This document shows positions 29,672 through 40,368 of a DNA stretch of 64,000 nucleotides, in pieces (the stretch's first letter is position 1; the number at the start of each line of letters is the position of its first letter). The notes below the pieces were generated by a model, which searched no databases, was not told where the DNA came from, and saw only the letters and a program-made list of their open reading frames with translations. The position numbers and the translations under genes are program-made. Origin of the DNA: an uncultured Candidatus Saccharibacteria bacterium (GTDB taxonomy: Bacteria; Patescibacteriota; WWE3; UBA101185; UBA10185); the NCBI GenBank assembly GCA_964385105.1, contig CAYLMU010000001.1, positions 369,936-433,935 on the forward strand, given 5' to 3'.

Positions 29672-32533
29672 ATGTTTACTACACCGCAAAATAAAAAAAT
29701 CCCGGAGCTTGAGAATGATATAACTGAATTTTGGAAAAAAAACAAAATTTTTGAAAAATCTGTAGAACAAAGACCGGAAGATAACCTATATGTTTTTTAT
29801 GACGGACCGCCTTTTATTTCGGGAATGCCTCATTATGGTCATTTACTTGGTTCAATTGCAAAAGACATAATTCCCAGATACTTTACTATGAAAGGCAAAA
29901 GAGTTGAAAGAGTGTGGGGATGGGATGCACACGGTTTAACAGTAGAAAACAAAGTACAAAAGCGTTTAAATATTAAAACCAGGCGAGACATTGAAGAATA
30001 TGGCCTTGAAGCCTTTACTCAAGCATGTTACGCCTACACCTCAGAGATTTCTGAAGAATGGAAATGGTACATTGACCGCATCGGACGCTGGGTGGATATG
30101 GAAAATGCTTACAAAACAATCGACCAGACGTATATGGAATCGGTAATTTGGGTGTTTAAGCAACTTTATGACAAAGGTCTAATTTATGAGGGGGTTAGAA
30201 CTTCGCTATTTTGTACAATATGCGGCACTCCTGTATCTGATTTTGAAGTGGCAATGGATAATAGTTACAAAGATGTTGAAGACCCGTCGGTTACGGTTAA
30301 ATTTAAAGTTGAAAGTGAAGGAAAATTTAAAGGAGCAAATTTGTTGGCCTGGACGACAACTCCATGGACATTGCCGTCAAACAGAGCTTTAGTTGTTGAT
30401 GAATCAGCTGTTTATGTTTTGGTTGATTATAGCGGAGAACCCCTGATACTGGCAAAAGACCGCGTCGAGCCGGTACTTGGTGATAGCCAATATAAAGTTA
30501 GTGAAGAATTCCTGGGAAGCGAACTAATTGGATTGAAATATGAGCCTTTGTACACTTTTTATAAAAGTAACGATGAAGAGTTTAAGGTGTATTCGTATGA
30601 AGGTATGGTAAATATGAGTGACGGTACCGGAATTGTTCATTCGGCTCCCGGTTTTGGAGAAATAGACACTGAAATGGGAAGACATTACGGCTTGACTATA
30701 ATGCTAACGTTGACTGATGAGGGTAAATATATTCCCGGAAATGCCGGAAAGAATTCTTATGAAGGTGTTTTTTATAAAAAAGCCGATAAACTTATTATCG
30801 AAGACCTAAAGCAACGCGGGTTACTGTTTAAAGAAGAAACTATAATTCACAGATTTCCTTATCATGATCGATGTAACACACTTTTGATTCAACGGGCGCA
30901 AAATTCGTGGTTTGTTGATGTGCAAAGTTTAAAACAACGAATGGTTGAAACAAATGAAAATATTAATTGGGTTCCTGAGCACTTAAAATATGGAAGATAT
31001 AAACAAGTTGTTGAAACTGCTCCTGACTGGAGTATTTCGCGAAACAGGTTTTGGGCAACTCCTATGCCGGTATGGGAAGCAGAAGACGGCGACAGAATAG
31101 TAATTTCTTCCATTTCTGAACTTGAAGAACTTTCGGGGCAAAAGGTTGTTGACTTGCATAGACCTTATATTGATGAAATAACAATAAAAAAAGACGGTAA
31201 GGAGTATAAAAGAAGACCTGAGGTTTTGGATTCATGGTTTGAAGCAGGTTCAATGCCATATGCCCAGTATCATTATCCTTTTGAAAATGAGAAAAAATTT
31301 GAAGAAAACTTTCCGGGTGATTTTGTAGTTGAATATATTGCACAGGTTCGCGCCTGGTTTAACGTTATGCATCGACTTTCAGTTGCTTTGTTTGATGTGA
31401 ATCCTTTTAGAAATGTTATATCAACGGGCGTAATGGCAGGAAGCGACGGAAGAAAAATGAGTAAAACCTATGGCAACTACACCGACCCTAAAGAAATACT
31501 TGAAAAAATCGGCGGGGATGCTTTGCGATTGTATTTGATGAATTCCCCTTTGATGGTAGGAGGTAACACCAATTTTGACGAGCAGGAGCTAAAAACAAAA
31601 TTAAATAATGTATTAAATCCGCTTTGGAATTCATTAAAGTTTTTTTTGATTTACGCTGTTGAACATGAATTTACACCTGATAAAAGCGTTCCTTCAAACA
31701 ATTTGCTTGATAAATGGATTATAGCCAGACTGCATGAAACAATTAAAGAATTTACGGTAAACATTGAAAATTATCTTGTTCCTCCTGCAGTACAGCCAAT
31801 TGAAACCTTTGTTGATGATTTATCAAGATGGTATGTTAGAAGGTCAAGAGATCGAATATCATCGGGGGATTTAGAAGCAATGTCTACTTTATATTATGTT
31901 TTGGTTGAGTTAGCTAAGGCCTCCGCCCCAATAATTCCTTTTATGGCAGAACAAATTTATCAAAGTCTTGTTGTACCTGTTGACAAAAATGTACCTGAAT
32001 CTGTTCATTTGTGTATGTATCCCAAGTTTGACCAAACAATTATTGATTCAAGCTTGTCGCTAATACAAGATATGCAGCTAACCCGTGATGTTGTTTCTTT
32101 GGCATTAAATTTAAGAACCGAAACTCAAATTAAAGTTAGACAACCACTAACAGCTATATATATAGAAAATAATTCAAAAAAAGCAAGTGTAATTGAAGAA
32201 TTAGTTATGGATGAGGTTAATGTTAAATCTATTGTAAGCTCGGTTCCTGCAAACGACTTGCCAATAGCCGAACAAAAAGAACTTAAAGTGTGGCTTGATA
32301 CCAGCATAACACCAGAATTGGAAGTTGAAGGATTTTCACGTGAATTAATTAGAACAATTCAGGATTTAAGAAAAAAAGCCGGGTTAAGTGTTGCCGATGA
32401 AATTAATGTAGTGTATTTAAGTAATGAAGAAAATGAAAAAGCTGTAAATTCCTATGGAGAAGAGATTAAACAAAAAGTATCTGCAGTACAGCTTGAGCCT
32501 GGTGAAGATTATCAAATAAAAAAAGTATCGTGA
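29672..32533 (+). CDS. ileS: Isoleucine--tRNA ligase (type 2-like)
   Basis: DGPPF..G.PHYGH, GWDAHGL, WTTTPWTLP, GTGIVH.APGFG, DWSISRNRFW, KMSKT. Confidence 0.95.
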   Translation: MFTTPQNKKIPELENDITEFWKKNKIFEKSVEQRPEDNLYVFYDGPPFISGMPHYGHLLGSIAKDIIPRYFTMKGKRVERVWGWDAHGLTVENKVQKRLNIKTRRDIEEYGLEAFTQACYAYTSEISEEWKWYIDRIGRWVDMENAYKTIDQTYMESVIWVFKQLYDKGLIYEGVRTSLFCTICGTPVSDFEVAMDNSYKDVEDPSVTVKFKVESEGKFKGANLLAWTTTPWTLPSNRALVVDESAVYVLVDYSGEPLILAKDRVEPVLGDSQYKVSEEFLGSELIGLKYEPLYTFYKSNDEEFKVYSYEGMVNMSDGTGIVHSAPGFGEIDTEMGRHYGLTIMLTLTDEGKYIPGNAGKNSYEGVFYKKADKLIIEDLKQRGLLFKEETIIHRFPYHDRCNTLLIQRAQNSWFVDVQSLKQRMVETNENINWVPEHLKYGRYKQVVETAPDWSISRNRFWATPMPVWEAEDGDRIVISSISELEELSGQKVVDLHRPYIDEITIKKDGKEYKRRPEVLDSWFEAGSMPYAQYHYPFENEKKFEENFPGDFVVEYIAQVRAWFNVMHRLSVALFDVNPFRNVISTGVMAGSDGRKMSKTYGNYTDPKEILEKIGGDALRLYLMNSPLMVGGNTNFDEQELKTKLNNVLNPLWNSLKFFLIYAVEHEFTPDKSVPSNNLLDKWIIARLHETIKEFTVNIENYLVPPAVQPIETFVDDLSRWYVRRSRDRISSGDLEAMSTLYYVLVELAKASAPIIPFMAEQIYQSLVVPVDKNVPESVHLCMYPKFDQTIIDSSLSLIQDMQLTRDVVSLALNLRTETQIKVRQPLTAIYIENNSKKASVIEELVMDEVNVKSIVSSVPANDLPIAEQKELKVWLDTSITPELEVEGFSRELIRTIQDLRKKAGLSVADEINVVYLSNEENEKAVNSYGEEIKQKVSAVQLEPGEDYQIKKVS

Positions 32534-32545
32534 TAGAATATAAGT

Positions 32546-33901
32546 ATGTCTAATCTTGTTGTCTCATTAAACAGAAATCATCTAAAAATCACACTTAATG
32601 AAAAAAATGAATTTAAAAAAGCTATGGCTGAGCTACCTGATGATGTAGTGAGAGATTCGGAAATTGTTGATATTGACCTATTTTCAAGCGCATTATCAAA
32701 TTTACTTGGTACATTGCATGATGTAAACAGAAAAAAGGCTGAAGTTACATTTTTGGTACAACCGTCCGATGTAATTTTAAGATTTCTTACTCTGTCAAAG
32801 AATCAAAACGAGGCTAATTCACCTGAACATTTTATACAACTGATTAAAGAGAAAGTAAGTGAAATTAATCTTGAGAATTATTATTTTTCATATCAAAAAA
32901 TAGCACCTTTTGTGTATCAATTTGTGGCTATAGAAAAGGCTAAACTTGAAAAATACCTGGAAGTTGCAAATAAGGCCGAACTTTCATTAAAAGCTGTTGT
33001 TCCATGGGATGTATTATTGCCCAAATTCTTAAATGATAACGATCCTTGTGTGTTTTTAGTTCAGGACGGTCATGAACAGACTTTAGCTTTGTCTGAACTC
33101 AACGGTATTTATTTTACCGAAACGTTTAACAGTGCAATGACCGGAGTTGAACTTAGAGAATTGATTGAAAAATTGTCGGTATACAAGAGAAATCGCCCGA
33201 TAAAAAAGGTTTATACCATTACAGACAAAGAATTTGAACTTGAAGGATATGAAGTTGAGCCACTGCTTGTTCTAATAAGTGATTTTAGAGACGCTGAAGG
33301 ATATGAGATTCATTTGCTAACCGAAGAGGTTATGAGTTCAAATCCTGAATATTATGCAACCCAGATTAATCTTTTAACCTTATTGCCTATGCCTGTTGAA
33401 GTAAAAAGAAATCTTGTACCGTTTTATGCCGGAGTTGGCGCATTTTTATTACTTGCTTTAATTGGTGCAGGTATTTATGCATTTGGATTTAAAAGCAGTG
33501 ATGACAATGGGGAACTAGCTAATAATACACAAAATACCCCTGTTGTGTTAAGTGAACAGGAACCGGCCGAACCAGAAGTTGAAGAGAAACAGGAAGAAGT
33601 ACAAGAGTTAAATAAAGCCGATCTTTCTATTAGAGTGCTTAACGGTGCAGGAATTCCCGGTGTGGCCGGAGAAATGCAGACTTTTCTTGAGGAGAAAGGT
33701 TATACAGTTGAAAGTGTAGGAAATGCCGAAACACAGGATTTTACCGATACAGTAGTTAGAATGAAAGCTGATGCTTCAAAATACACAGATGTTTTAATAA
33801 GTGATTTGCAGGAAGAACGAACCGGTATTTTATATGATGAAGAGGTTTTAGATGAAGCAGAACCTTACGATGTGCTGCTCATAGTCGGTGTTTCGGAGTA
33901 A
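32546..33901 (+). CDS. Membrane protein with PilM-like N-terminal region and C-terminal LytR_C domain
   Basis: One TM; VLNGAGIPGVAG....L...GY....VGNA...DV.LIVG. Confidence 0.7.
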   Translation: MSNLVVSLNRNHLKITLNEKNEFKKAMAELPDDVVRDSEIVDIDLFSSALSNLLGTLHDVNRKKAEVTFLVQPSDVILRFLTLSKNQNEANSPEHFIQLIKEKVSEINLENYYFSYQKIAPFVYQFVAIEKAKLEKYLEVANKAELSLKAVVPWDVLLPKFLNDNDPCVFLVQDGHEQTLALSELNGIYFTETFNSAMTGVELRELIEKLSVYKRNRPIKKVYTITDKEFELEGYEVEPLLVLISDFRDAEGYEIHLLTEEVMSSNPEYYATQINLLTLLPMPVEVKRNLVPFYAGVGAFLLLALIGAGIYAFGFKSSDDNGELANNTQNTPVVLSEQEPAEPEVEEKQEEVQELNKADLSIRVLNGAGIPGVAGEMQTFLEEKGYTVESVGNAETQDFTDTVVRMKADASKYTDVLISDLQEERTGILYDEEVLDEAEPYDVLLIVGVSE

Positions 33902-34200
33902 TGAAAAATTTTGAGTGTAGCAATTGCGGTAAAAAAGTACCGATTGATGCCCCCGGTACAAAAAACAGAAACCATTGTCCTTTTTGCCTATTTTCACTTC
34001 ATGTTGATATTGAGCCTGGTGACAGATTGAATGAATGTGGCGGTTTAATGCCGGCAATCGGAAAATTATATAAAAAAGATGGTGAAGAAGTTCTTGTACA
34101 TAAATGCTTGAAATGTGGCTTTGTAAGAAAAAACCGCGTCGCGGGGGACGATAGCTATAAACTGGTAGAAAACCTTGATGTAGTAGGGGATATAGTGTAA
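33901..34200 (+). CDS. RNHCP domain zinc-binding protein
   Basis: CxxC, RNHCP.C..S.HVD..PGDR, H.C..CG. Confidence 0.9.
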   Translation: MKNFECSNCGKKVPIDAPGTKNRNHCPFCLFSLHVDIEPGDRLNECGGLMPAIGKLYKKDGEEVLVHKCLKCGFVRKNRVAGDDSYKLVENLDVVGDIV

Positions 34201-34213
34201 TATATCAAAGTCT

Positions 34214-34621
34214 ATGAAATACGCAGTTATAAAACTAGCAGGAAAACAATATAAGGTCTCGGAAGGAGACATTTTTGAATTGGAACGCCAGGAAAATCTG
34301 GATTTTGAAGTGTTGATGCTATCTGATGAAGGCAAAGTTCAAATTGGAACTCCTGTTTTAAAAGATATAAAGATTTCGGCAGCTATTTTGGACAATAAGC
34401 TAGGTGATAAGATTAATGTTTCAAGATATAGATCAAAGTCACGATACAGAAAAAACAAAGGTCACAGACAGCCTTTAAGTGTGGTTAAAATTGAGAAAAT
34501 CGGTGACGGTAAAGAAAAAGCCATTCAAGAAACTACAGAAAATAAGAAGACTGTAAAATCTGAAAAGGCTGTGAAGTCAGAGAAAAAAGTAACAAAAAAG
34601 AGAACCAAAAAGGAGGAATAA
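34214..34621 (+). CDS. rplU: 50S ribosomal protein L21 with Lys-rich tail
   Basis: YAVI..AGKQYKV.EGD, KGHRQ. Confidence 0.95.
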   Translation: MKYAVIKLAGKQYKVSEGDIFELERQENLDFEVLMLSDEGKVQIGTPVLKDIKISAAILDNKLGDKINVSRYRSKSRYRKNKGHRQPLSVVKIEKIGDGKEKAIQETTENKKTVKSEKAVKSEKKVTKKRTKKEE

Positions 34622-34624
34622 TAA

Positions 34625-34885
34625 ATGGCACATAAAAAAGCAACAGGATCAAAAGCAAGACAAGGATCAAATGTAATAGGAAAAAGGCTTGGAATTAAGG
34701 TCTCAGGCGGAAGCCTTGTAAATCCCGGTCAGATTATTGTGAGACAAAGAGGAAGAACATTTGTTCCGGGAAATAACGTTGGAATGGGCAAAGATTTTAC
34801 AATCTACTCAAAAATAAGCGGAATTGTTCAGTTTGTTAACCACACCAAACGACAAAAAAAGATCAACGTGGTCGATAATTCTTAA
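34625..34885 (+). CDS. rpmA: 50S ribosomal protein L27
   Basis: MAHKKA.GS, KRLGIK, IIVRQRG, NVGMGKDFT. Confidence 0.95.
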   Translation: MAHKKATGSKARQGSNVIGKRLGIKVSGGSLVNPGQIIVRQRGRTFVPGNNVGMGKDFTIYSKISGIVQFVNHTKRQKKINVVDNS

Positions 34886-35416
34886 ATTACTAATCGGGTA
34901 ATATACCAGTACAGCCTTTCCAAGAATTTTATCTTTTGATATAGGCCCAAAATCCCGGGAGTCGGTACTATTTTCTCTATTATCACCAAGTAAAACATAA
35001 GAATTCTCATTTAGTTTAACAGCAGTATTTTCTTTTATAGTTTCTTTGCCGATTGTTGACTGATTGTTTAAATATGGCTCGTTTAAGTTTTTATCATTTA
35101 TATAAATCTGACCCTGTTTTATTTCTAAAGTTTCGTTGGGAAGGCCAATAACACGTTTAATCAAGTATTTATTCTTTGTTTCGGGACTTTCAAATACAAT
35201 AATATCTCCTCGCTGTATTTCACCAAAGCCGAGTGTTACTTTTTCAATAAGAACCTGTTCTTTGTTTTGTAATGTAGGTTCCATTGATTCGCCGGTAACT
35301 TCAACGAGTTCGGCCAAAAAAAGCCAGACCATAAAAAATACGACACCACATATAAATAACACCTCAATAATATCTATTAATGCACTTGAAAGAGAAAAAG
35401 ACTTATTTTTGGGCAT
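34808..35416 (-). CDS. lepB: Signal peptidase I
   Basis: GESMEPT (Ser), IKRVIGLP (Lys), GDNRENSTDSRDFG. Confidence 0.93.
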   Translation of the reverse strand: MPKNKSFSLSSALIDIIEVLFICGVVFFMVWLFLAELVEVTGESMEPTLQNKEQVLIEKVTLGFGEIQRGDIIVFESPETKNKYLIKRVIGLPNETLEIKQGQIYINDKNLNEPYLNNQSTIGKETIKENTAVKLNENSYVLLGDNRENSTDSRDFGPISKDKILGKAVLVYYPISNLRIIDHVDLFLSFGVVNKLNNSAYF

Positions 35417-35427
35417 AACTTGCTAAA

Positions 35428-36651
35428 TTATAGTACGAATTCAGTTCTTAATACATCCCAAAGCTCCTGGTAGCCGCCATCGTATCCGAGCGCCCAAATT
35501 CCCACGCCTTGAAGCCCTTTATTTTTTGCAAGTTGGTATTTTATTTGAAGTGATTGTGCATTTTCAAAATACACCATCCTCATAGCACCTGTATCGGGGC
35601 TTAAATAACTAAAGTAAGGTGTTTGTGCAGATTCATCCCATAAAACCTGGGAATTTGTTTCTCGAATTGTATTTATTACAGCATCATAGGTTTGAGTTAT
35701 TGAATAACCGGACCAAGGATTACCTATTAGACGAGTGGCATATGGACTTGATGAATCAACAACCCAGTTTCTTCCGTAATAAGGCACGCCTAAGATCAGT
35801 TTGTTAGCAGGGATTTGGCTTAAATAGTCAGAAAGCATGGTTTCAAGGTCGTAAAATGTATATTCTTTAACCCTTTTAATTGGTGCAATCGGACCGGCAG
35901 TATCGGAAGCGTTAACATGAAAGTCATATGCCATAATAAAAATACCGTCAGAAACAAGCGCAAGGTCTTCAACTTTTGTTACGCGCGGCCTAATTAATGA
36001 GTCTGCAAAAGTAGATACAACAACCTTAGAATCCCCGTATTCTTTATCAAGTTCCTTATTTACATATTTTACAAAATTTGTATATTGGTTTGCTGTTTGA
36101 GAATCGGTGTAAGAACCGTATTCAAAATCAATATTAACATCTTTAATGTCGTGGTGGGCAAGTTCGGTTTTTAATTCTTTTACCATTGTTTCCCAGCATG
36201 AAGTGCAGCTCAAAAAAGTATCTGACACATTATCGTCGTGTGAAATTATTGTTAATGCCACGTCAATATCTTTTGATTTAGCGTTTTTTATAAACCTGTC
36301 GAGCTGTTCACTATTTCGCCATTGGTTGTATCCGGGTTCAGTATAACCTTCGCTCGTACGCTTTTGTATGGTTCCATCACTATTTATTGAGAGTGCGAAA
36401 TAAGCAATGTCGGTTAATGAATCTGTTTGAATAAAAGGAATCTCTCCTAATTTCCAATAAGGGAGAAATCCATAAACTGTATAGTCTTTAGCCTTTTTGT
36501 CGGTAGCTGCCAGTACGCTAAACCCTTCATCTATTGGAGTGAGTGGTTTGTGGGAACGAGCAGACCTGAAGGTAAGCAGGTTAAATATGACGAGTGCCAG
36601 GATGAACGCATAAAGTCCTGTCACCAGCCTTATGTATTTTTGCATACCCAC
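35428..36651 (-). CDS. Membrane-anchored glycoside hydrolase family 18 protein
   Basis: DVNIDFE, IMAYDF, KLILGVPYYG, GVGIWALG. Confidence 0.88.
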   Translation of the reverse strand: MGMQKYIRLVTGLYAFILALVIFNLLTFRSARSHKPLTPIDEGFSVLAATDKKAKDYTVYGFLPYWKLGEIPFIQTDSLTDIAYFALSINSDGTIQKRTSEGYTEPGYNQWRNSEQLDRFIKNAKSKDIDVALTIISHDDNVSDTFLSCTSCWETMVKELKTELAHHDIKDVNIDFEYGSYTDSQTANQYTNFVKYVNKELDKEYGDSKVVVSTFADSLIRPRVTKVEDLALVSDGIFIMAYDFHVNASDTAGPIAPIKRVKEYTFYDLETMLSDYLSQIPANKLILGVPYYGRNWVVDSSSPYATRLIGNPWSGYSITQTYDAVINTIRETNSQVLWDESAQTPYFSYLSPDTGAMRMVYFENAQSLQIKYQLAKNKGLQGVGIWALGYDGGYQELWDVLRTEFVL

Positions 36652-36698
36652 CTATTTTGCAATTATTGAAAGCAGATGTCAAATGGTAGAATATGCGT

Positions 36699-37895
36699 AT
36701 GGTTAAAGTAAAAAATGCTCTAAAAAATGCAAACCGTATTTGGTATATATTTGGGTTTTTTGTTTTTTTGGGTTTTGCATTGTACCTGGCATATATGCAA
36801 TGGGATTTATCTCACGATGATTCGTTTGATTACACTTTAAACACTAAATCAGCTTCAAACGATGTTTTGTCATGTGACACATCACAAACCATTGAATATT
36901 TGTACTATTTACCGGAAATTGAGGAAAAAAGGAATAACAAGTTTGGACTATATATTTATGCTGAAAATAGAGACCATCTTACTTTGGCAGAGGAACTTGT
37001 TAATTCAAACGGAGGAGATTGGGGTTATGTACTTTTGCCTTTTAACGTACGTGACCGCGACAGGGTAAAATGGACATCCGTATTTACACGTTTGCGTGAG
37101 AAACACTTAATTCCCATCATCCAACTTCATGACGTTAACTTAAACAGATACGAAGATGAAACTAAAGGTGCCGCTGAGTTTCTTGATGATTTTGTGTGGC
37201 CGGTAAGACAGCGCTACATAAGTGTATATAACGAGCCAAATGATGCAAAATTTTGGTATGGCAAGGTGGATCCCAGGGAATATGCAAGAATTTTAGATTA
37301 TACAGTTGAAACATTTAAAAAAACTAACCGCGATTTTTTTATGCTAAATGGTGCGTTTAATGTTAGTGCCCCCAATTCAGGAACTTACATGGATTCGTTT
37401 GATTATATGGCAGTAATGAATGATGAAGTTCCGGGTATTTTTGAGAAACTGGACGGTTGGGCATCACACCCTTATCCGCAGCCAAACTTTAGCGGCAGTC
37501 CGCATGATTCCGGAAGATGGAGCATTAAAGCCTATGAAGATGAATTAAAATTTTTGGAATCCGAGCTGGGAGTAAGTAAAGATTTACCTGTTTTTATTAC
37601 AGAGACGGGTTGGGCACATGCCGAAGGGCAAAATTATGACGGAAGCTTTTTACCCGCTCAAAAAGTTGCCGAAAACTTAAAGATTGCTTATGAACAAGTA
37701 TGGCTTCCTGATGATCGTGTGGTAGCAGTTACGCCATTTACTATTTGGTATGACCCGCCGTTTGATCATTTTTCGTGGGTAAACAAAGATTTGGTTCCTT
37801 ACATACAATTTGAAGTGATAAAATCAATGAAGAAAGTAGAAGGCACTCCACAACGTTTGCAAACGGGTAGAATATCGTCGGGGTGCCGTAATTAA
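36699..37895 (+). CDS. Membrane-anchored clan GH-A glycoside hydrolase (GH39/GH5-like)
   Basis: YNEPN acid/base, HPYP, ITETGW nucleophile; start moved to the second ATG, 6 nt after TAGAAT. Confidence 0.7.
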   Translation: MVKVKNALKNANRIWYIFGFFVFLGFALYLAYMQWDLSHDDSFDYTLNTKSASNDVLSCDTSQTIEYLYYLPEIEEKRNNKFGLYIYAENRDHLTLAEELVNSNGGDWGYVLLPFNVRDRDRVKWTSVFTRLREKHLIPIIQLHDVNLNRYEDETKGAAEFLDDFVWPVRQRYISVYNEPNDAKFWYGKVDPREYARILDYTVETFKKTNRDFFMLNGAFNVSAPNSGTYMDSFDYMAVMNDEVPGIFEKLDGWASHPYPQPNFSGSPHDSGRWSIKAYEDELKFLESELGVSKDLPVFITETGWAHAEGQNYDGSFLPAQKVAENLKIAYEQVWLPDDRVVAVTPFTIWYDPPFDHFSWVNKDLVPYIQFEVIKSMKKVEGTPQRLQTGRISSGCRN

Positions 37896-37910
37896 AGACA
37901 ATATATTCTA

Positions 37911-39188
37911 ATGAAGAACTCAAGCACGGCCAGGGCGGTAGCAAATAACACTTTTTATCAATTATTAGGAAAAATAATTAGCATGTCTATTACTGTTTTG
38001 GCTACGGTAATTATTGCACGTTTATACAGTAGAGAAGGGTATGGTGAGTTTAATTTAATGCAGGGTATTCCTGCCCTTTTTTTTATTATTGCTGATTTTG
38101 GCATAAATGCTATTGCGACAAGAGAGCTTTCAAAAGACTATTCACTAGCCGAAAAATACTTTGGGAATGTTTTACTGATGAGATTATGTTTTTCGGCATT
38201 ATTAATGCTTTTAGGGGGAATTGTGATTACCTTCTTTCCGTATTCGTATTCTTTAAAGGTGGGAATTTATCTAAGTTTGTTTTTAATTCTGACACAAGCC
38301 TTGTATGCAACAACTAACATAATATTTCAGGTAAAACTTAGATATGATTATTCAACAATCGGGTATGTTGCCGGAAGCGCGGTTATTTTGTTTTTGGTTT
38401 TGATTTTGTCTTATTTACGCGTGAATATTATGTGGGTGAATTTTAGTTATGTAATCGGAGGTTTTGTTACGTTTTTAATAAATATATTTTTAATTAAACA
38501 AAAGCTTGATTTGAATATTAAGCTTCAATATGACCCGGTTCTTTGGAAGTTCTTACTTATTCAAAGTTTACCCCTTGGTTTAATGTTTATTTTCAGTCAG
38601 ATTAACTTTAAGGCCGATTCTATATTACTTTCATTGCTTGACGTGCCTAATTTTATTGAATTATCAAAAACCGAAGTTGTAGCAGTTTATGGGTTAGCAT
38701 TTAAAGTGTTTGAAGTTGGTCTTGTGGTGCCTACCTTTTTTATGAATGCGGCTTTTCCGGTTTTGGTGAGACATCAATTAGAAGGCAAAGAAAAGCTGAA
38801 AAGTACTTTTTTTAGGTCATCGCTAATATTATTGGGTTTGGGAACTATTGCCAGTGCCGCCGGAATAGTGCTATCACCATGGGTAATAAATGTTATAGGT
38901 GGGGATGATTTTTCATGGTCGGTAACTGTTTTAAGGATTTTATTAGCAGGAATTCCTGTTTTTTATGTTTCACAACCGCTTTCATGGCTAATTGTCGCAT
39001 TAAATAACCAAAAGTATCTTCCGCATATATATTTAGTCGGTGCAGTTATTAATTTGAGCGGAAATATTATTTTCATTCCTCAATATTCGTTTTACGCTTC
39101 AGCGGCACTAACGTGGGCTTCTGAGCTAATTATTTTATCATTGCTGGTCATTTTGGCACTTAAATCCTGGAGAAAAGCTTATGCTTAA
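37911..39188 (+). CDS. Wzx-like polysaccharide flippase
   Basis: About 12 TM; IARL....YG.F, ADFGI...ATRE, N..LNIIFIP.Y. Confidence 0.85.
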   Translation: MKNSSTARAVANNTFYQLLGKIISMSITVLATVIIARLYSREGYGEFNLMQGIPALFFIIADFGINAIATRELSKDYSLAEKYFGNVLLMRLCFSALLMLLGGIVITFFPYSYSLKVGIYLSLFLILTQALYATTNIIFQVKLRYDYSTIGYVAGSAVILFLVLILSYLRVNIMWVNFSYVIGGFVTFLINIFLIKQKLDLNIKLQYDPVLWKFLLIQSLPLGLMFIFSQINFKADSILLSLLDVPNFIELSKTEVVAVYGLAFKVFEVGLVVPTFFMNAAFPVLVRHQLEGKEKLKSTFFRSSLILLGLGTIASAAGIVLSPWVINVIGGDDFSWSVTVLRILLAGIPVFYVSQPLSWLIVALNNQKYLPHIYLVGAVINLSGNIIFIPQYSFYASAALTWASELIILSLLVILALKSWRKAYA

Positions 39189-40368
39189 GCTCTTGTTTTA
39201 TATTAGCCTGGGCACTTTAAGTTTGGGTCAATTTGCAAACTTATTTAAAGATTCGGGTTTTAATGTGTATATTTTTGACATTATTATTGCAGTTTTTTTT
39301 ATACTGGGTTTAGGTTACTTTTTGACAAAAAAAAGTTTAACAGTTCCAAAAAGTTATCTTTTGTATATTTTATTCATATTTTGGTCATTAATTACGCTTT
39401 TACAACCTTTGTTTGTGATGAATACAGTTGATTTTATAGTTTCACTTTTTTATCTGGTTAGATTGGGATTATATTTAGGTGTAGGTATAGTGTTATTTAA
39501 CATGTTAAAAGCAGACCAAATTGGCTTTGATGAAGTTTTAAATGCAATTGTCATTTCGGGAATTTTTATTTCCTTAGCCGGTTTCATACAGCTTATTTTA
39601 TTACCGGACTTTGAAACTTTAGATCCGGCGTTAGGCTGGGATCCTCATAAAAACAGACTTGCTTCAACTTTTTTTGATCCCAACTTTACAGGAGGTTATT
39701 TGGTTTTGTGTTTATGTATTGTAATGTACAGGTTTTTTGTTCAAAAAATTAGAAATAAACTAACTTATTCATCAGGAACTGTTTTGTTAATTGCTTTGTT
39801 TTTGACGTTTTCCAGAAGTTCGTGGGCAGCCTTTGCTGTTGTTGTGCTTGTTTTTGGATTATTAAAAAGTAAGTGGCTTTTGGTATTTGCGGCAATATTG
39901 GCTTTTTCTGCATATTTTGCTGTTCCGCGTGTGCAAACAAGACTTTCAGGTATTACAGATCCGGCAGACTCTGCACATTTTAGACTCATATCCTGGGGAA
40001 ATGCTCTTTCTATTGCACAAGATAACTTACTTTTAGGTACGGGTTACAATACTTTTAGGTACGCGCAGGTCGATTATGGTTTTGTTGAACCCGGTACAAT
40101 TGGAGGTAATTCAGGGGCAGGTTCTGATTCAAGTTTTTTACTTATTTTAGCTACAACAGGAATAATAGGTTTTGTAATTTACCTATTTGCCTATTTCACA
40201 CCACTTTTTGCCATATATAAACTAAATTCAAGACATGGAATTTTGATAATCGCGGTTTTTCTTAGCATTTTTGTGCAATCCCAGTTTATTAACGCCATTT
40301 TTTTCCCGCAAATTATGTTTTTATGGATTATTTTACTGACCGCTTTGTCTAATGTACTGAACGCTTAA
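39181..40368 (+). CDS. O-antigen ligase / Wzy-like polymerase
   Basis: Multi-TM; R..STF.DPN..G, LTFSRSSW, LLGTGY. Confidence 0.8.
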   Translation: MLKLLFYISLGTLSLGQFANLFKDSGFNVYIFDIIIAVFFILGLGYFLTKKSLTVPKSYLLYILFIFWSLITLLQPLFVMNTVDFIVSLFYLVRLGLYLGVGIVLFNMLKADQIGFDEVLNAIVISGIFISLAGFIQLILLPDFETLDPALGWDPHKNRLASTFFDPNFTGGYLVLCLCIVMYRFFVQKIRNKLTYSSGTVLLIALFLTFSRSSWAAFAVVVLVFGLLKSKWLLVFAAILAFSAYFAVPRVQTRLSGITDPADSAHFRLISWGNALSIAQDNLLLGTGYNTFRYAQVDYGFVEPGTIGGNSGAGSDSSFLLILATTGIIGFVIYLFAYFTPLFAIYKLNSRHGILIIAVFLSIFVQSQFINAIFFPQIMFLWIILLTALSNVLNA

